A DNA stretch of 63,697 bases, filler included, from 3 parts of 3 records of this genome joined end to end with filler, not necessarily neighbours in it; one strand, 5' to 3'. Positions 50,096 through 61,099 are shown, numbered from the whole stretch's first letter. Notes: generated from the sequence alone by a model not told the origin. Program-made: numbers and translations.

Positions 50096-51862
50096 TTACT
50101 TGATCGTGTCTAACACTTTTAAAACTGTATCGTTTTGAATTTCTGGTCGTACAGCAACTCCATCTTTTTTAGGCTTAGCTTCAGATTTATATTCATAAAC
50201 AGTCCCTGTCGTTAGCGTGTCTTGTTCTGCCTCATCGGCTTTCCATTGAGATTCTTCAATTTCCTCAAGTTCTTCGAGCTCCTCAATAGGTTTCTCGGGA
50301 CAATCAAGGCAGGTCAATTCAGCATTATTCATAAGTGTATGGTAACCCACGTGCTCATAATTTAATAAATCTGAATATCTGTTTCTGTGATAACTCTCGA
50401 TGTTTTTATCGGTGAATAATACAGTGCCTTCAGGAATAGCAAGAATTATATCTACTTCCTGACTGCGGTATTTATTTTTGATTCCGCTAATGAAATAGTT
50501 ATCAAGAAGCAACGTGTTTCCGTCCATTTCAAAATGATATACAATATTGGCAGCACGGTCTTGAGCGGCGTCATATGAATTTCCTTGAGAAGACTTTCTG
50601 ATCATAAGTTTTGCCTCAGGAGAGTCGCTTTTTTGAACACTTAAATTCACATCACGGTTATACAGTACTTTATTTCCTTCGGAATCAGTACGAATTTTCC
50701 AGCTATCGTTATGGTATTTGTACGCGCCATATTGGTTTTGCGTGATCATTTTTACGCTTAGGGTGTCACCGGCTTTTATAGGAAGCACTTCAGAAACCAT
50801 AGACTCGCCTTCAACTGCTGTTGCCATTCCTTGTCGTACACCTAAAACTGCAAGTGCCATTATCGCCACAAACCAAACACCAAGCATCGTTAATTTAGCA
50901 ACGACAGGAATGCGTTTTAAGGTGTTTACAAGTATGCGCAGCCCAAGATAAAAGAGCATAAAAAAGGGAATTCCCACTGCAAAAAAGGTTAGTAAACTCA
51001 ACAACCATAGGGGAGCGCCCGAGGTGTTGACCATATCTACGTAATCTGCAATACTTCCATCAAGAAAATCTAACGTTCCTGCAGAGAAAAGGCCAACAAA
51101 TAAACCAATAAGTGTTGAGCCACCTATAAGTACTAATAGAATACCTATAAACTTTACAAAGACTTTTAAGATAAACATGATGATCTTGCCCAGCGTACCG
51201 GCAAGGGAATTTGCTCCTTTACGAGCTTTGTTTCCATACTTAACATAGTCAACATTTTTAACAGAATCTGCAACGGTGTCAAATCCTTCTTTTACTTTAC
51301 GCTGAATATTGTCTATGTTGACGGGCTTTCCCCGCATTTCCAATTTTTCGGAAGTGCTACGTGCTTCTGGAACAAAAATCCAGAAAGCCGCGTAAATCAA
51401 TATGAATCCGCCCCACGAAAATATCGTCAGTAATACCAGAGCGATACGGATCCAAACAGCATCTATTTGTAAATAGTGGCCAAGACCTGTACATACACCA
51501 CCAATCCACGAAGTATCTGTGTCGCGATACAGTTTTTTTGAAGATGATTTAGTGCTGTTATAAGTATTGTGTACTGGTTCGTCTTCAAAAAGTTCCTCGT
51601 CAATACGGTAATCTTCAGGTTGCCCCATTATATTGATCACTTCATCAACTTCGGTAATACCAATGACTTGACGTTCATTTTTAACACGTTCATTAAAGAG
51701 CTCGGCGATGCGGGCTTCAATATCCTGAATGATTTCTTCACGGCCTTGTGCATCGGTAAAAGAGCGTTTTATCGCATCTAAATAGCGCTGCAATTTTGCA
51801 TAGGCGTGCTCATCTACATGAAAGAAAAGGCCTGCGAGATTAATATTAACTGTCTTATTCAT
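50096..51862 (-). CDS. PspC domain membrane protein
   Basis: MNKTVNINLAG, DIEARIAELF and KKLYRD...IGGVCTGLGHY. Confidence 0.9.
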   Translation of the reverse strand: MNKTVNINLAGLFFHVDEHAYAKLQRYLDAIKRSFTDAQGREEIIQDIEARIAELFNERVKNERQVIGITEVDEVINIMGQPEDYRIDEELFEDEPVHNTYNSTKSSSKKLYRDTDTSWIGGVCTGLGHYLQIDAVWIRIALVLLTIFSWGGFILIYAAFWIFVPEARSTSEKLEMRGKPVNIDNIQRKVKEGFDTVADSVKNVDYVKYGNKARKGANSLAGTLGKIIMFILKVFVKFIGILLVLIGGSTLIGLFVGLFSAGTLDFLDGSIADYVDMVNTSGAPLWLLSLLTFFAVGIPFFMLFYLGLRILVNTLKRIPVVAKLTMLGVWFVAIMALAVLGVRQGMATAVEGESMVSEVLPIKAGDTLSVKMITQNQYGAYKYHNDSWKIRTDSEGNKVLYNRDVNLSVQKSDSPEAKLMIRKSSQGNSYDAAQDRAANIVYHFEMDGNTLLLDNYFISGIKNKYRSQEVDIILAIPEGTVLFTDKNIESYHRNRYSDLLNYEHVGYHTLMNNAELTCLDCPEKPIEELEELEEIEESQWKADEAEQDTLTTGTVYEYKSEAKPKKDGVAVRPEIQNDTVLKVLDTIK

Positions 51863-52199
51863 TGTTTTTTGATTTTTGAGTGGTTACCAGTTGAACGGCT
51901 TTCTGAAGGTCGTCCCAAGTTGATGATAGTTCATTTAAGAAGAGCTTTCCGGTTTCGGTTAAACCATAATATTTACGCGGTGGTCCGCTGGTTGATTCTT
52001 CCCAGCGATAACTCAATAAACCGGCATTTTTAAGTCTGGTAAGTAGGGGATAAATAGTACCTTCAACTACCAGCAACTTAGCGTCTTTAAGTGTGTCTAG
52101 TATTTCAGCTACATAAGCATCTTCATCCTTTAGAATAGAAAGAATGCAATACTCCAGAACACCTTTACGCATCTGTGCCTTTGTGTTTTCAATCTTCAT
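51855..52199 (-). CDS. PadR family transcriptional regulator
   Basis: QMRKGVLE, EGTIYPLLTRL and GPPRKYY. Confidence 0.93.
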   Translation of the reverse strand: MKIENTKAQMRKGVLEYCILSILKDEDAYVAEILDTLKDAKLLVVEGTIYPLLTRLKNAGLLSYRWEESTSGPPRKYYGLTETGKLFLNELSSTWDDLQKAVQLVTTQKSKNNE

Positions 52200-52303
52200 A
52201 GATTCTCATTGTTAAGCGATTAATAACTGTTCGTTTTTTGTCCACATAGTGGAATAATTAATTTGATTGTTTTGAGTGATTTTTACTCAGAATTGAAATG
52301 AAC

Positions 52304-52825
52304 CTAGCTGACTTCAGTTGATGAGTCTGAAGCTGAATCTACAGTAGAAACAGAACGAGGTTTTAAAAAGTTTATAGTTAATGGGTACTTGTAGTCTTCA
52401 CCGTTGCTGGCGCTCATCGCTGCAGAGATTACAGAAAAGAGGGTAACTACAAATAAAGCCAATAGTAATAGACCAAAGACTAAGGCTGTAATGATCAATC
52501 CGCTAGCGGCGGCATTGGGCAATACAAAATGGTCAAACTGAGTCTCGAGGTCAAAATAGCCTTGAGTGTCTACAATATTTATTATCTGATAAATAATAAA
52601 GGGTATGGAAATAAGAACAATACCTATTGCGTAGACAAAAGTGCTCATTTGAAAGTTAAGAGCACGTCTGCCGTGATTATCTACAAATATCGAATCACGC
52701 TTTAAAGCCGCCCAAATAAGTAGTGGCGCGATAAAATTTCCTAACGGAAATATAAATTGAGTAAATACAGATAAGTGAATAAATGTGGCCGTATTTTTTT
52801 GTCCGGTGGTTATGCTATTTTCCAT
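52304..52825 (-). CDS. DUF4870 membrane protein
   Basis: IHLS ... GNFIAPLLIW ... HGRRALNFQ ... YKYPL. Confidence 0.85.
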   Translation of the reverse strand: MENSITTGQKNTATFIHLSVFTQFIFPLGNFIAPLLIWAALKRDSIFVDNHGRRALNFQMSTFVYAIGIVLISIPFIIYQIINIVDTQGYFDLETQFDHFVLPNAAASGLIITALVFGLLLLALFVVTLFSVISAAMSASNGEDYKYPLTINFLKPRSVSTVDSASDSSTEVS

Positions 52826-52970
52826 TGCTTATTATTTTCTTATGCAAATATATATACAAAAGCAGGTATTTTGTATTGCATAGTACTTAAATTTAACTAT
52901 TTATTAACAAAATAAAAATTTAGCAAACTCATTTCTTAAGCCTATTTTTGAAAGAATCAATACTTTAATT

Positions 52971-53426
52971 ATGGCACTTACCCCTAGTAAATTCAACAGT
53001 TTTATAATGTTTAAGCTTCCTTCTGCCTGGTTGTGCGGTGTGCGTGTGAAAGAGATTTCAGAAACTACGTGTAAGACGAGTGTTAAACATAAATGGATTA
53101 ATCAAAACCCATTCAACTCGATGTTTTGGGCAGTACAAGGGATGGCTGCAGAGTTAAGTACCGGAGCGATGGTGATCAATCAAATTAAAGAAAGCGGTAA
53201 AAAGATCTCTATGCTTGTAGCCAACAATAAAGCTTCTTTTACCAAAAAAGCTACCGGCAAGATCATATTTACCTGTAATGACGGTCACAAAATCGCCGAT
53301 GCAATTGAAAAGACAATTGCCACCGGAGAAGGGCAAACATTCTGGATGCAAAGTATAGGAATGAATGAAGATGGAGTAGTGGTAAGTACTTTTGATTTTG
53401 AATGGACGGTAAAGGTCAAGAGCTGA
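52971..53426 (+). CDS. DUF4442 / PaaI-like hotdog protein
   Basis: KLPSAWLCGVR and NQNPFNSMFWA. Confidence 0.82.
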   Translation: MALTPSKFNSFIMFKLPSAWLCGVRVKEISETTCKTSVKHKWINQNPFNSMFWAVQGMAAELSTGAMVINQIKESGKKISMLVANNKASFTKKATGKIIFTCNDGHKIADAIEKTIATGEGQTFWMQSIGMNEDGVVVSTFDFEWTVKVKS

Positions 53427-53530
53427 CAAAAGTGCACGGTTGGTTTAAAGACTTTAGATTGCTTGTAACAATTTAATTGATTCACTTACGTATTAAGTAG
53501 TATCAATCAAATCAAAAAAATCAAATTACA

Positions 53531-54331
53531 ATGACAGCACACGAAATAGATTACCAGATTTACGGCGAAGAAATGCAATACGTAGAGATCGAACTCGATC
53601 CTCAAGAGGGCGTTATTGCCGAAGCCGGCACGTTTATGATGATGGAAGACGGGATCAGGATGGAAACTATATTTGGTGATGGTTCTAAAAACGATTCAGG
53701 CTTACTAAATAAGATCTTTGGGGCGGGTAAACGGTTGCTTACCGGTGAGAGCATGTTTATGACGGTGTTTTATAATGATATTGTAGGGAAGAAAAAAGTG
53801 AGTTTTGCCTCACCATACCCGGGTAAAATTATCCCTATTGATCTGACTAAAAATGGTGGAAAGTTTATCTGTCAAAAAGATGCATTCTTATGCGCTGCTA
53901 AAGGTGTGTCTATAGGAATTGAATTTTCAAGAAAATTAGGTCGCGGACTCTTTGGTGGAGAAGGGTTTATCATGCAAAAATTAGAAGGAGATGGGATGGC
54001 CTTTGTTCACGCCGGTGGAACTACTTATAAAAAAGAATTAGGTCTTGGTGAAAAACTAAAAGTTGATACCGGGTGTATCATTGGTTTTGACCACACGGTA
54101 AACTATGATATCGAGTTTGTTGGCGGGATTAAAAATACCATTTTTGGTGGAGAAGGAGTTTTCTTTGCAACCTTGACCGGGCCGGGAACGGTTTACATTC
54201 AGTCGTTACCTTTTAGCCGTTTAGCAAAACGCGTTTGGGCTGCTGCTCCACAAATGGGAGGTAAAGACAAAGGAGAAGGTAGTATCTTAGGAGGTTTAGG
54301 GGATTTGCTTGATGGGGATAATAGATTTTAA
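53531..54331 (+). CDS. AIM24 / TIGR00266 family protein
   Basis: VIAEAG, CQKDAFL, FGGEGFI and GPGTVYIQSLP. Confidence 0.9.
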   Translation: MTAHEIDYQIYGEEMQYVEIELDPQEGVIAEAGTFMMMEDGIRMETIFGDGSKNDSGLLNKIFGAGKRLLTGESMFMTVFYNDIVGKKKVSFASPYPGKIIPIDLTKNGGKFICQKDAFLCAAKGVSIGIEFSRKLGRGLFGGEGFIMQKLEGDGMAFVHAGGTTYKKELGLGEKLKVDTGCIIGFDHTVNYDIEFVGGIKNTIFGGEGVFFATLTGPGTVYIQSLPFSRLAKRVWAAAPQMGGKDKGEGSILGGLGDLLDGDNRF

Positions 54332-54468
54332 CTTCTAGGAAAGCGGTAGGATTTTAAATTTTTAACATATTATTTTGATTTAAAGCCTTATTTTTAACGG
54401 AATTCCTAGAAAAACCTGTTTATAGCCCAAAATTACCTAACAAAAATTTTAACCTAAACTAATCAAAT

Positions 54469-54666
54469 ATGGCAAGAGCAATGTTTGAGTACACCAAAAC
54501 TATTCTTAAAAAAGTAAGTTTTGACAGTGTACTTTTTTGCAAGGAACTACAAAAAGCAGCAAAGCGATTACTACCGTATGAAATTGAGGAATTGAAAGAA
54601 TGGATTGAAGATTTGGTAAAAACAAATCCAGACCTTAATCAATGTATGATTTATCTCAACGCCTAG
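54469..54666 (+). CDS. Small hypothetical protein
   Basis: MFEYTK.ILKKVSFD..LFCKEL.KA...LLPYE; followed by a terminator. Confidence 0.75.
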   Translation: MARAMFEYTKTILKKVSFDSVLFCKELQKAAKRLLPYEIEELKEWIEDLVKTNPDLNQCMIYLNA

Positions 54667-54673
54667 CACTAAA

Positions 54674-54713
54674 TATTAAAAAAGCGACTCAATTTTGAGT
54701 CGCTTTTTTAATA
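54674..54713. terminator. Bidirectional terminator
   Basis: TATTAAAAAAGCGACTCAA-TT-TTGAGTCGCTTTTTTAATA. Confidence 0.85.
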
Positions 54714-54726
54714 ACTGATAGTTTCT

Positions 54727-55686
54727 TTATTTTCTAAACGCTCCCTGCGTTTGTGGCAACGGACTAATAATTTGTACGTTTTGAAAGGTTATTGCTCCTT
54801 TAACCACCCCGGCAATTGTAGCGCGTAACGCTTCAATAATTTGCATTTTCAATTCGCTTTTATGATACAAGAGACTCACTTCGCGAGCAGGTGCTGGTTC
54901 TTTAAAGTGATGCAGATACTTTTTCTCCTCGTCTTTAATGTCTAAAGTATGCAAGTAGGGTAAAAGCGTCATACCAAGTCCTTCATTCGCCAGCCTTACT
55001 AGTGTTTCAAAACTTCCGCTCTCTAGTGAAAAAGTCTCTTCTTCATAATTGCGATTGGTCTTGCATAGATTGACAACTCCATCTCTAAAACAGTGCCCAT
55101 CTTCTAATAACAGCATGTCATTAAGATCTAAATCTGCGGTGGTTAATTTCTCTATGTTATGCAGTGCATGATTTGCAGGAACGTACGCAACAAAAGGCTC
55201 ATAATATAAAGGACGCTCTTTTATATCTTCAAGCTGAAGCGGGGTAGCTGCGATTGCCGCATCAAGATGACCTTCGGCTAAACGTTCTACAATAGAGTCT
55301 GTAGGCAATTCTTCGATTTTCAGTTTAACCTTAGGATATCGGTTAATGAAATTCCGAAGAAACATTGGGAGTAAGGTTGGCATCACCGTTGGGATTACAC
55401 CAAGTTTAAACTCGCCACCAATAAAACCTTTTTGCTGGTCAACGATGTCTGAAATACGATTGGCCTCATTTACAATATTACGCGCCTGTGTAACAATTTT
55501 GCTTCCTATATCAGTAAGTTCGATAGGTTTTTTGCTTCGGTCAAAAATCAAAATGTCCAGTTCATCTTCTAATTTCTGAATTTGCATACTCAACGTAGGC
55601 TGCGTGACAAATGTCTTTTCCGCAGCCTTAGTAAAGTTTTGATTTTCGGCGACTGCCAAAACATATTTCAATTGTGTGATCGTCAT
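54727..55686 (-). CDS. oxyR: LysR-family H2O2 sensor OxyR
   Basis: LysR HTH (TQPTLSMQI), LLEDGHCFRDGVVNLC with the redox Cys pair, and GMTLLP. Confidence 0.9.
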   Translation of the reverse strand: MTITQLKYVLAVAENQNFTKAAEKTFVTQPTLSMQIQKLEDELDILIFDRSKKPIELTDIGSKIVTQARNIVNEANRISDIVDQQKGFIGGEFKLGVIPTVMPTLLPMFLRNFINRYPKVKLKIEELPTDSIVERLAEGHLDAAIAATPLQLEDIKERPLYYEPFVAYVPANHALHNIEKLTTADLDLNDMLLLEDGHCFRDGVVNLCKTNRNYEEETFSLESGSFETLVRLANEGLGMTLLPYLHTLDIKDEEKKYLHHFKEPAPAREVSLLYHKSELKMQIIEALRATIAGVVKGAITFQNVQIISPLPQTQGAFRK

Positions 55687-55780
55687 AGTGTCTAATTATA
55701 TTTCAAAAATAGGGCGACATATTGATTTTCTCTATATAATTATAAATGAATTTCAGACCATAATAGTTACCTGCCTTTTT

Positions 55781-56191
55781 TTAGAATCTAATTTCTAACT
55801 CCACAGGTTTTTCAGTCAATTCAAATTTACAATCCTCCCAACGTGGAGGTCCCATAGCCATGACATTATTCGATCCGCCATACGCTTCGGTAGGCATTCC
55901 GTTAGTTTCAAAATCCATTTTGCCGTTTCCGTTACTATCATGATAACATAAGATAGCGTAAGTGCCCAGCGGAACATCTTCAAAGGTTACCGTAGTCTTA
56001 CCGTTGGTGATGTTGCTCTCTGCTGCTTTAACCGGAGCAGCTACCATAAAATTATCTTTAGAATAAAGTCCATAACCTACAACGCCTTTGTCGTTGGGGA
56101 CATTATTAATAGTAACTGTGATAGAGCTCGTTTCTTGAGAGTAGCTGATTAAGCTGATAAAAGTCATTAATAGTACAACTGTTGTTTTCAT
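55781..56191 (-). CDS. DUF2141 family secreted protein
   Basis: GTYAILCYHDSNGNGKMD..GMPTEAYGGSNN; start at the ATG at 56191. Confidence 0.85.
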   Translation of the reverse strand: MKTTVVLLMTFISLISYSQETSSITVTINNVPNDKGVVGYGLYSKDNFMVAAPVKAAESNITNGKTTVTFEDVPLGTYAILCYHDSNGNGKMDFETNGMPTEAYGGSNNVMAMGPPRWEDCKFELTEKPVELEIRF

Positions 56192-56421
56192 GATTGTGAT
56201 TTTAAATGAATACTGAAGCAAATGTAAAAGCGCTGTAGAATTATGAGTAAATAGAACTACCCAGTTGTCATATTATAATGATGAATTGTTTTTTAGACCC
56301 AAAAGCGTGAAAATACCCTAGCTGAAAAGTTTTGTTTTGTTATTTGTTCGACTACCGAAGCATTCCAATTGCAGCAGAATGAACTTTTTTCAAAAACTTT
56401 AAGAATGTAACTTCTTGTAAA

Positions 56422-56521
56422 NNNNNNNNNNNNNNNNNNNNNNNNNNNNNNNNNNNNNNNNNNNNTTAATTAATTAANNNNNNNNNNNNNNNNNNNNNNN
56501 NNNNNNNNNNNNNNNNNNNNN
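56422..56521. other. Artificial contig linker
   Basis: N44-TTAATTAATTAA-N44. Confidence 0.98.
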
Positions 56522-56522
56522 T

Positions 56523-57818
56523 CGCAATGCGGCCAAGGGCCTGACCAAACACCTGCCGCGCCAGATCGAAGAAGCCGCCCGCAAGATCGAAGAATATACC
56601 CGCGGTATGGTGACCGGCGGGACCCTGTTTGAAGAAATGGGTTTCTTCTATGTCGGGCCGATTGATGGTCATAATCTGGATCATCTTCTGCCGGTGCTTA
56701 AAAACGTCCGCGATGCGGATGTCGATGGCCCGATCCTTGTTCATGTCGTGACCCAGAAGGGCAAGGGCTATGGCCCGGCCGAAAATGCCGCCGACAAATA
56801 TCACGGTGTCGCCAAATTCGATGTCGTCACCGGCAAGCAGGCCAAGGCCACACCCAATGCACCATCCTACACCAAGGTTTACGGCGAAACGCTGACCAAG
56901 CTTGCCGAAACCGATGACAGGATCACTGCGATCACGGCCGCCATGCCATCGGGCACCGGGGTTAATATCTTTGCCAAACGGTTCCCCGATCGTGCCTTTG
57001 ACGTCGGCATCGCCGAACAGCATGCCGTGACCTTTGCCGCCGGGATGGCGTGCGAGGGATACAAACCTTTTTGCACGCTCTATTCGACCTTCCTGCAACG
57101 CGCCTATGATCAGGTGGTGCATGATGTCGTGATCCAGAACCTGCCGGTCCGTTTCGCCATGGATCGTGCCGGGCTTGTCGGGGCGGATGGCGCAACCCAT
57201 GCCGGGGCCTATGACATTGCCTATCTTGGCTGTTTGCCCAATATCGTTCTGATGGCGGCGGCGGACGAGGCCGAACTGGTCCATATGACCACAACCGCAT
57301 GGGCGATTGATGACCGCCCCAGTGCCTTCCGCTATCCGAGGGGCGAGGGTGTCGGCGTTGAAATGCCGGCCGAGGGCAAGGTTCTTGAAATCGGTAAGGG
57401 CCGCATCCTGCGCGAAGGCGGCAAAATCGCCATCCTGTCCTACGGCACCCGTTTGGCAGAGGCGATGCTGGCCGCCGAAGACCTTGCCGCACGCGGCCTT
57501 CCGGCAACGGTTGCCGATGCCCGCTTTGCCAAGCCGCTTGATCATGCCCTGATCGCCGATCTGGCCCGCAACCACGAAGTCCTGATCACGATTGAAGAAG
57601 GCTCCATCGGCGGCTTTGGCGCAATGGTGTTGCAGCATATGGCAGGGCAGGGATTGCTCGATCACGGGCTCAAAGTCCGCACCATGGCCTTGCCCGACGC
57701 CCTGATCGATCACGACAAGCCCGACATTCAATATGCCAAGGCGGGATTGGATGCGCAAAGCATCGTCAAAACCGCCCTTGGCGCGCTGGGTCTTTCCGAG
57801 GCCAAAGTACGCGCCTGA
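56523..57818 (+). CDS. dxs: 1-deoxy-D-xylulose-5-phosphate synthase, 5'-truncated
   Basis: [41 protein letters not shown] and FRYPRG; frame open from the contig start. Confidence 0.96.
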   Translation, partial: RNAAKGLTKHLPRQIEEAARKIEEYTRGMVTGGTLFEEMGFFYVGPIDGHNLDHLLPVLKNVRDADVDGPILVHVVTQKGKGYGPAENAADKYHGVAKFDVVTGKQAKATPNAPSYTKVYGETLTKLAETDDRITAITAAMPSGTGVNIFAKRFPDRAFDVGIAEQHAVTFAAGMACEGYKPFCTLYSTFLQRAYDQVVHDVVIQNLPVRFAMDRAGLVGADGATHAGAYDIAYLGCLPNIVLMAAADEAELVHMTTTAWAIDDRPSAFRYPRGEGVGVEMPAEGKVLEIGKGRILREGGKIAILSYGTRLAEAMLAAEDLAARGLPATVADARFAKPLDHALIADLARNHEVLITIEEGSIGGFGAMVLQHMAGQGLLDHGLKVRTMALPDALIDHDKPDIQYAKAGLDAQSIVKTALGALGLSEAKVRA

Positions 57819-57844
57819 TAGGTCAGGCAAGACCGGTTAACGTA

Positions 57845-57874
57845 AAAACGCCGCCCTGAAAAAGGCGGCGTTTT
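57845..57874. terminator. Bidirectional terminator
   Basis: AAAACGCCGCC-CTGAAAAA-GGCGGCGTTTT. Confidence 0.8.
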
Positions 57875-57898
57875 CTTTGGTCCATCCATCTGCCGGGA

Positions 57899-60139
57899 TC
57901 AGAAATCCGCGGTCAGAGACAGCTTTGCCGTCAACGGTGCCCCCATCGTCAGGTAACCGCCATTCGCCGACGCCCAGTAATCGCTATCCGTGACGTTTTC
58001 GATATTGGCACGGATGGTGACGGGATATTCGTGCACCTCGGTCGTGTACCGCGCACCAAGGTCAAGGCGTGTCCATGACGGGATCGAAAGGGTATTGGTC
58101 GCATTGACATATTGCGATGCCGTGTGAACCGCACGCGCATTGACCGTCGCACCTTTAAGGAACGGCAGGTCATATTCGATGCCAAGCTTGGCAACGTAAT
58201 CGGGAATGCCAATCGGCGTGTTGCCGTCATTGGTGCCGTTCTGGGTATCGGTTAGTTCCGCGTCATAAACCGTGATACCGCCCAGAATGCGGGTGCCGGT
58301 CACAGGCTCGCCAAAGATCTGGAATTCAACGCCGCGGTTCTGCTGCTCGCCGTCTGCGGCAAAGGTGTTGCTGGCATTTTTATAAGAAAACGGCTTGGAA
58401 ATCTGAAACAGGGCGACACTACCGCCAAAGCTGCCGAAATCCGCCTTTGCCCCGATTTCATATTGCTCGGACGTGTATGGGGCCAACTGTTCGCTCGGGT
58501 TGGTCAGGGTGGCGTCACTTGCCGCACTGGCGGCTGTTTCGCCGGGCGACAGGGATTCCATATAGTTGGCATAAACCGACACCTGATCGGTCACATTGCC
58601 GACGATGCCGACCATCGGCGTATATTCGTCCGCGTCATAGTTGCTTGATTGTGCACCGCTGGTCAGATCGAACTGCTTGGTATTGACCGACTGACGGCGA
58701 ATGCCAGCCGTGACGCTGACGCGGTCATCAAGGAAGCTGACGGTATCAGCCAGAAAATAGCTGGTCAGTTCGTTGATATTACGAAGCCCCGGATCGCTCA
58801 GATTGCCTGATGGCGCTGCCAGCGCCGGATAGCCCGTGGGGGTTGGCCCGTAAATATTGCCGGTAAACGCCGACGCACCGGGCGAAAACGCCCATGCCTG
58901 ATGGCTTTTGTTCTGAAGGTAGGAAACCCCGGCATTCAGTTCATGCTTTACCACGCCGGTTTCAAATTTAACGCGCGCACCGGTCAGCGCACTATTGGTC
59001 GTATCTTCGCGAATGATGGTCGAACCGCCATAGGTCATGGTGCCATCAGTACCGGTAATGCGCGGGGTTGAATAAATCCCGGATTCTTCCATGTGGCGGG
59101 TGCCTGCGGCGGCATAGGCCATAAGATAGTCGTTCACATCATGCTCGATCCGTCCCTGGACAAAGCTGTCCTCAAGGTCGGCCCATGTCCCATCCGCATT
59201 GTAATTGTGGCTGGCATCCGGGGCATCGGGGATGTTCGTAAGCGTGCCGAGCAGATTTACCGATGTCCGCCCATGATCAATATTCTTTTCATTATGCCCG
59301 GCATCGACCGTGATGCGGGTATCATCGCCGCGATAATCGAATGACAGCGACCCGATCTGGCTGTTGCGGTCTTCGTCATCGATGGCGGTTTCACCGTCGG
59401 CATATTTCAGATTGGCACGAATGCCGAACTGGTTATCTTTGCCAAAACGCCGTCCGAAATCGACATGCCCGCCGGTCTGGCTGTTCATTTCATAGAATGT
59501 CGTGACACTGGTGATCGGATCATCTGTCGCGCGTTTGGGGATAAGGTTAATGCCGCCGCCAATGCCGCTGCCGCCCGGTGACATGCCGTTGATGAATGCC
59601 GATGCGCCTTTGACAACTTCGACCCGCTCATACATCGACATGTCGATCAACTGGCGCGGTGCCGTGCCATAAAGGCCATCCAGCATCACATCATCACCGT
59701 CAAGAACGAAGCCGCGGATCATGAAGCGGTCACCCGATCCGCCATAGCTGTAGGATGTCAGAACGCCCGGATCGTTATCAACCACATCGGCAAGTGTATC
59801 GGCCTGCTGGTTTTTGATCACTTCGCTGGTATAGCTGGTGATGCTGACCGGGATATCCAGATTGTCCTTGTTGCCCAATATACCGGCCCGGCCACCGGTC
59901 GCGACCTGGCCACCGGCATAGACCGGCGGGGTGGGATCGCCTGCCTGTGATGTGGCGTTGTCCTCGACCCGGATCGGGTCGAGCTTGATGGTATCGTCGG
60001 TTTCGGTCTGTGTGCTGTTTGTGCTGCTCTCCGTCGCGTCCTGCGCATGGGCGGGAAGGGCAACAACAGCAGACATACTGACAGACGCCAGCAATAGCGT
60101 ACTGAATGTATGACGTTTGAAAATTGGTGTGATCGGCAT
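57899..60139 (-). CDS. TonB-dependent siderophore receptor (ferrichrome-receptor-like)
   Basis: Signal peptide, YAGGQVATGGRAGILG, ERVEVVKGA and C-terminal LSLTADF. Confidence 0.92.
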   Translation of the reverse strand: MPITPIFKRHTFSTLLLASVSMSAVVALPAHAQDATESSTNSTQTETDDTIKLDPIRVEDNATSQAGDPTPPVYAGGQVATGGRAGILGNKDNLDIPVSITSYTSEVIKNQQADTLADVVDNDPGVLTSYSYGGSGDRFMIRGFVLDGDDVMLDGLYGTAPRQLIDMSMYERVEVVKGASAFINGMSPGGSGIGGGINLIPKRATDDPITSVTTFYEMNSQTGGHVDFGRRFGKDNQFGIRANLKYADGETAIDDEDRNSQIGSLSFDYRGDDTRITVDAGHNEKNIDHGRTSVNLLGTLTNIPDAPDASHNYNADGTWADLEDSFVQGRIEHDVNDYLMAYAAAGTRHMEESGIYSTPRITGTDGTMTYGGSTIIREDTTNSALTGARVKFETGVVKHELNAGVSYLQNKSHQAWAFSPGASAFTGNIYGPTPTGYPALAAPSGNLSDPGLRNINELTSYFLADTVSFLDDRVSVTAGIRRQSVNTKQFDLTSGAQSSNYDADEYTPMVGIVGNVTDQVSVYANYMESLSPGETAASAASDATLTNPSEQLAPYTSEQYEIGAKADFGSFGGSVALFQISKPFSYKNASNTFAADGEQQNRGVEFQIFGEPVTGTRILGGITVYDAELTDTQNGTNDGNTPIGIPDYVAKLGIEYDLPFLKGATVNARAVHTASQYVNATNTLSIPSWTRLDLGARYTTEVHEYPVTIRANIENVTDSDYWASANGGYLTMGAPLTAKLSLTADF

Positions 60140-60204
60140 GAAAAACCCCAAGGTCGAATTTCCCCGCCCCCCGGCGGGATCGATATGGGGTGCTGATTAT
60201 CACT

Positions 60205-60245
60205 ATTGATAATCAATCTCAATATAAATGATTATTATTATCAAT
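60205..60245. promoter_or_regulatory. Tandem Fur-like boxes upstream of the siderophore receptor
   Basis: ATTGATAATCAATCTCAAT and AATGATTATTATTATCAAT resemble GATAATGATAATCATTATC; an AT-rich patch in GC-rich DNA. Confidence 0.7.
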
Positions 60246-60316
60246 ATCGATGTAATTGTTCAGTTATTCAATCGCGGGGTGGATTGGCGCTGTTTGGCAA
60301 GCCGGGCATGGCCCGC

Positions 60317-61099
60317 TTAATCGGCATAAATCATTTTATGCGTCATGCCGCCGTCAATGCGGGTGGTTTCGCCGGTCATGAAACCGGATTGTTCATGATC
60401 AAGCAGGAAGGCGACCATCTTTGCGATATCATCCGGCGTACCGATGCGGCCCGCCGGGTGTTGCTGGCGGTCGATGTCACGGTGTTGCGGTTCTTCACGG
60501 GCGGATGATTTCTGCCAGTCACCAACTTCGATCCAGCCCGGCGCAATGCCATTGACCCGCACCGCCCCCGAAAGGCTGACCGCCATGGCATGGGTCAAGG
60601 CAACCATGCCGCCCTTTGACGCGGCATAGGCTTCGGTATTGGGTTCGGACTGAAACGCACGGGTCGATGCGATATTGACAATCGCCCCACGGGTTTTGCG
60701 CAAATGCTGTGTCGCATGTTTGGCTGCCAGAAACGCCCCACCCAGATTGACATTGATCACCCGTTGCCAGCTTTCCCAATCCAGATGTTCGAACGATCCC
60801 GAATGCGGGTCGGCAATCCCGGCATTGTTAACCAGTCCGTCAATACGCCCGAACCGGTCGACGGTCTGCTGAACCGCAATGGCAACATCGCGTTCATCGG
60901 AAACATCGCCCTTGAAAAACAGGGCGCGTTCGCGCTGTTCTTCGGAAAGGGCGGTGATGGCTTCATCCCCGGCATCCGCATCCAGATCAAACAGCATGAC
61001 CTTCCATCCCGTCGACAGAAGATGCTGCGTAATCCCCAGCCCCAAACCCTGCGCAGCACCGGTGACGAAGGCGACCTTGGGATCAGGGAAGTTGTTCAT
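60317..61099 (-). CDS. SDR family oxidoreductase
   Basis: TGAAQGLG, LVNNAG, YAASKGG and VNGIAPGW. Confidence 0.92.
   Translation of the reverse strand: MNNFPDPKVAFVTGAAQGLGLGITQHLLSTGWKVMLFDLDADAGDEAITALSEEQRERALFFKGDVSDERDVAIAVQQTVDRFGRIDGLVNNAGIADPHSGSFEHLDWESWQRVINVNLGGAFLAAKHATQHLRKTRGAIVNIASTRAFQSEPNTEAYAASKGGMVALTHAMAVSLSGAVRVNGIAPGWIEVGDWQKSSAREEPQHRDIDRQQHPAGRIGTPDDIAKMVAFLLDHEQSGFMTGETTRIDGGMTHKMIYAD

Noticed and set aside
55721-55735. ATTG-N7-CTAT as an OxyR site
   Set aside because: Only a half-site with a mismatch in AT-rich DNA; too weak to call.
56466-57830. 454-aa minus-strand ORF
   Set aside because: Antisense shadow of dxs in GC-rich DNA; it runs into the linker and has no motifs.
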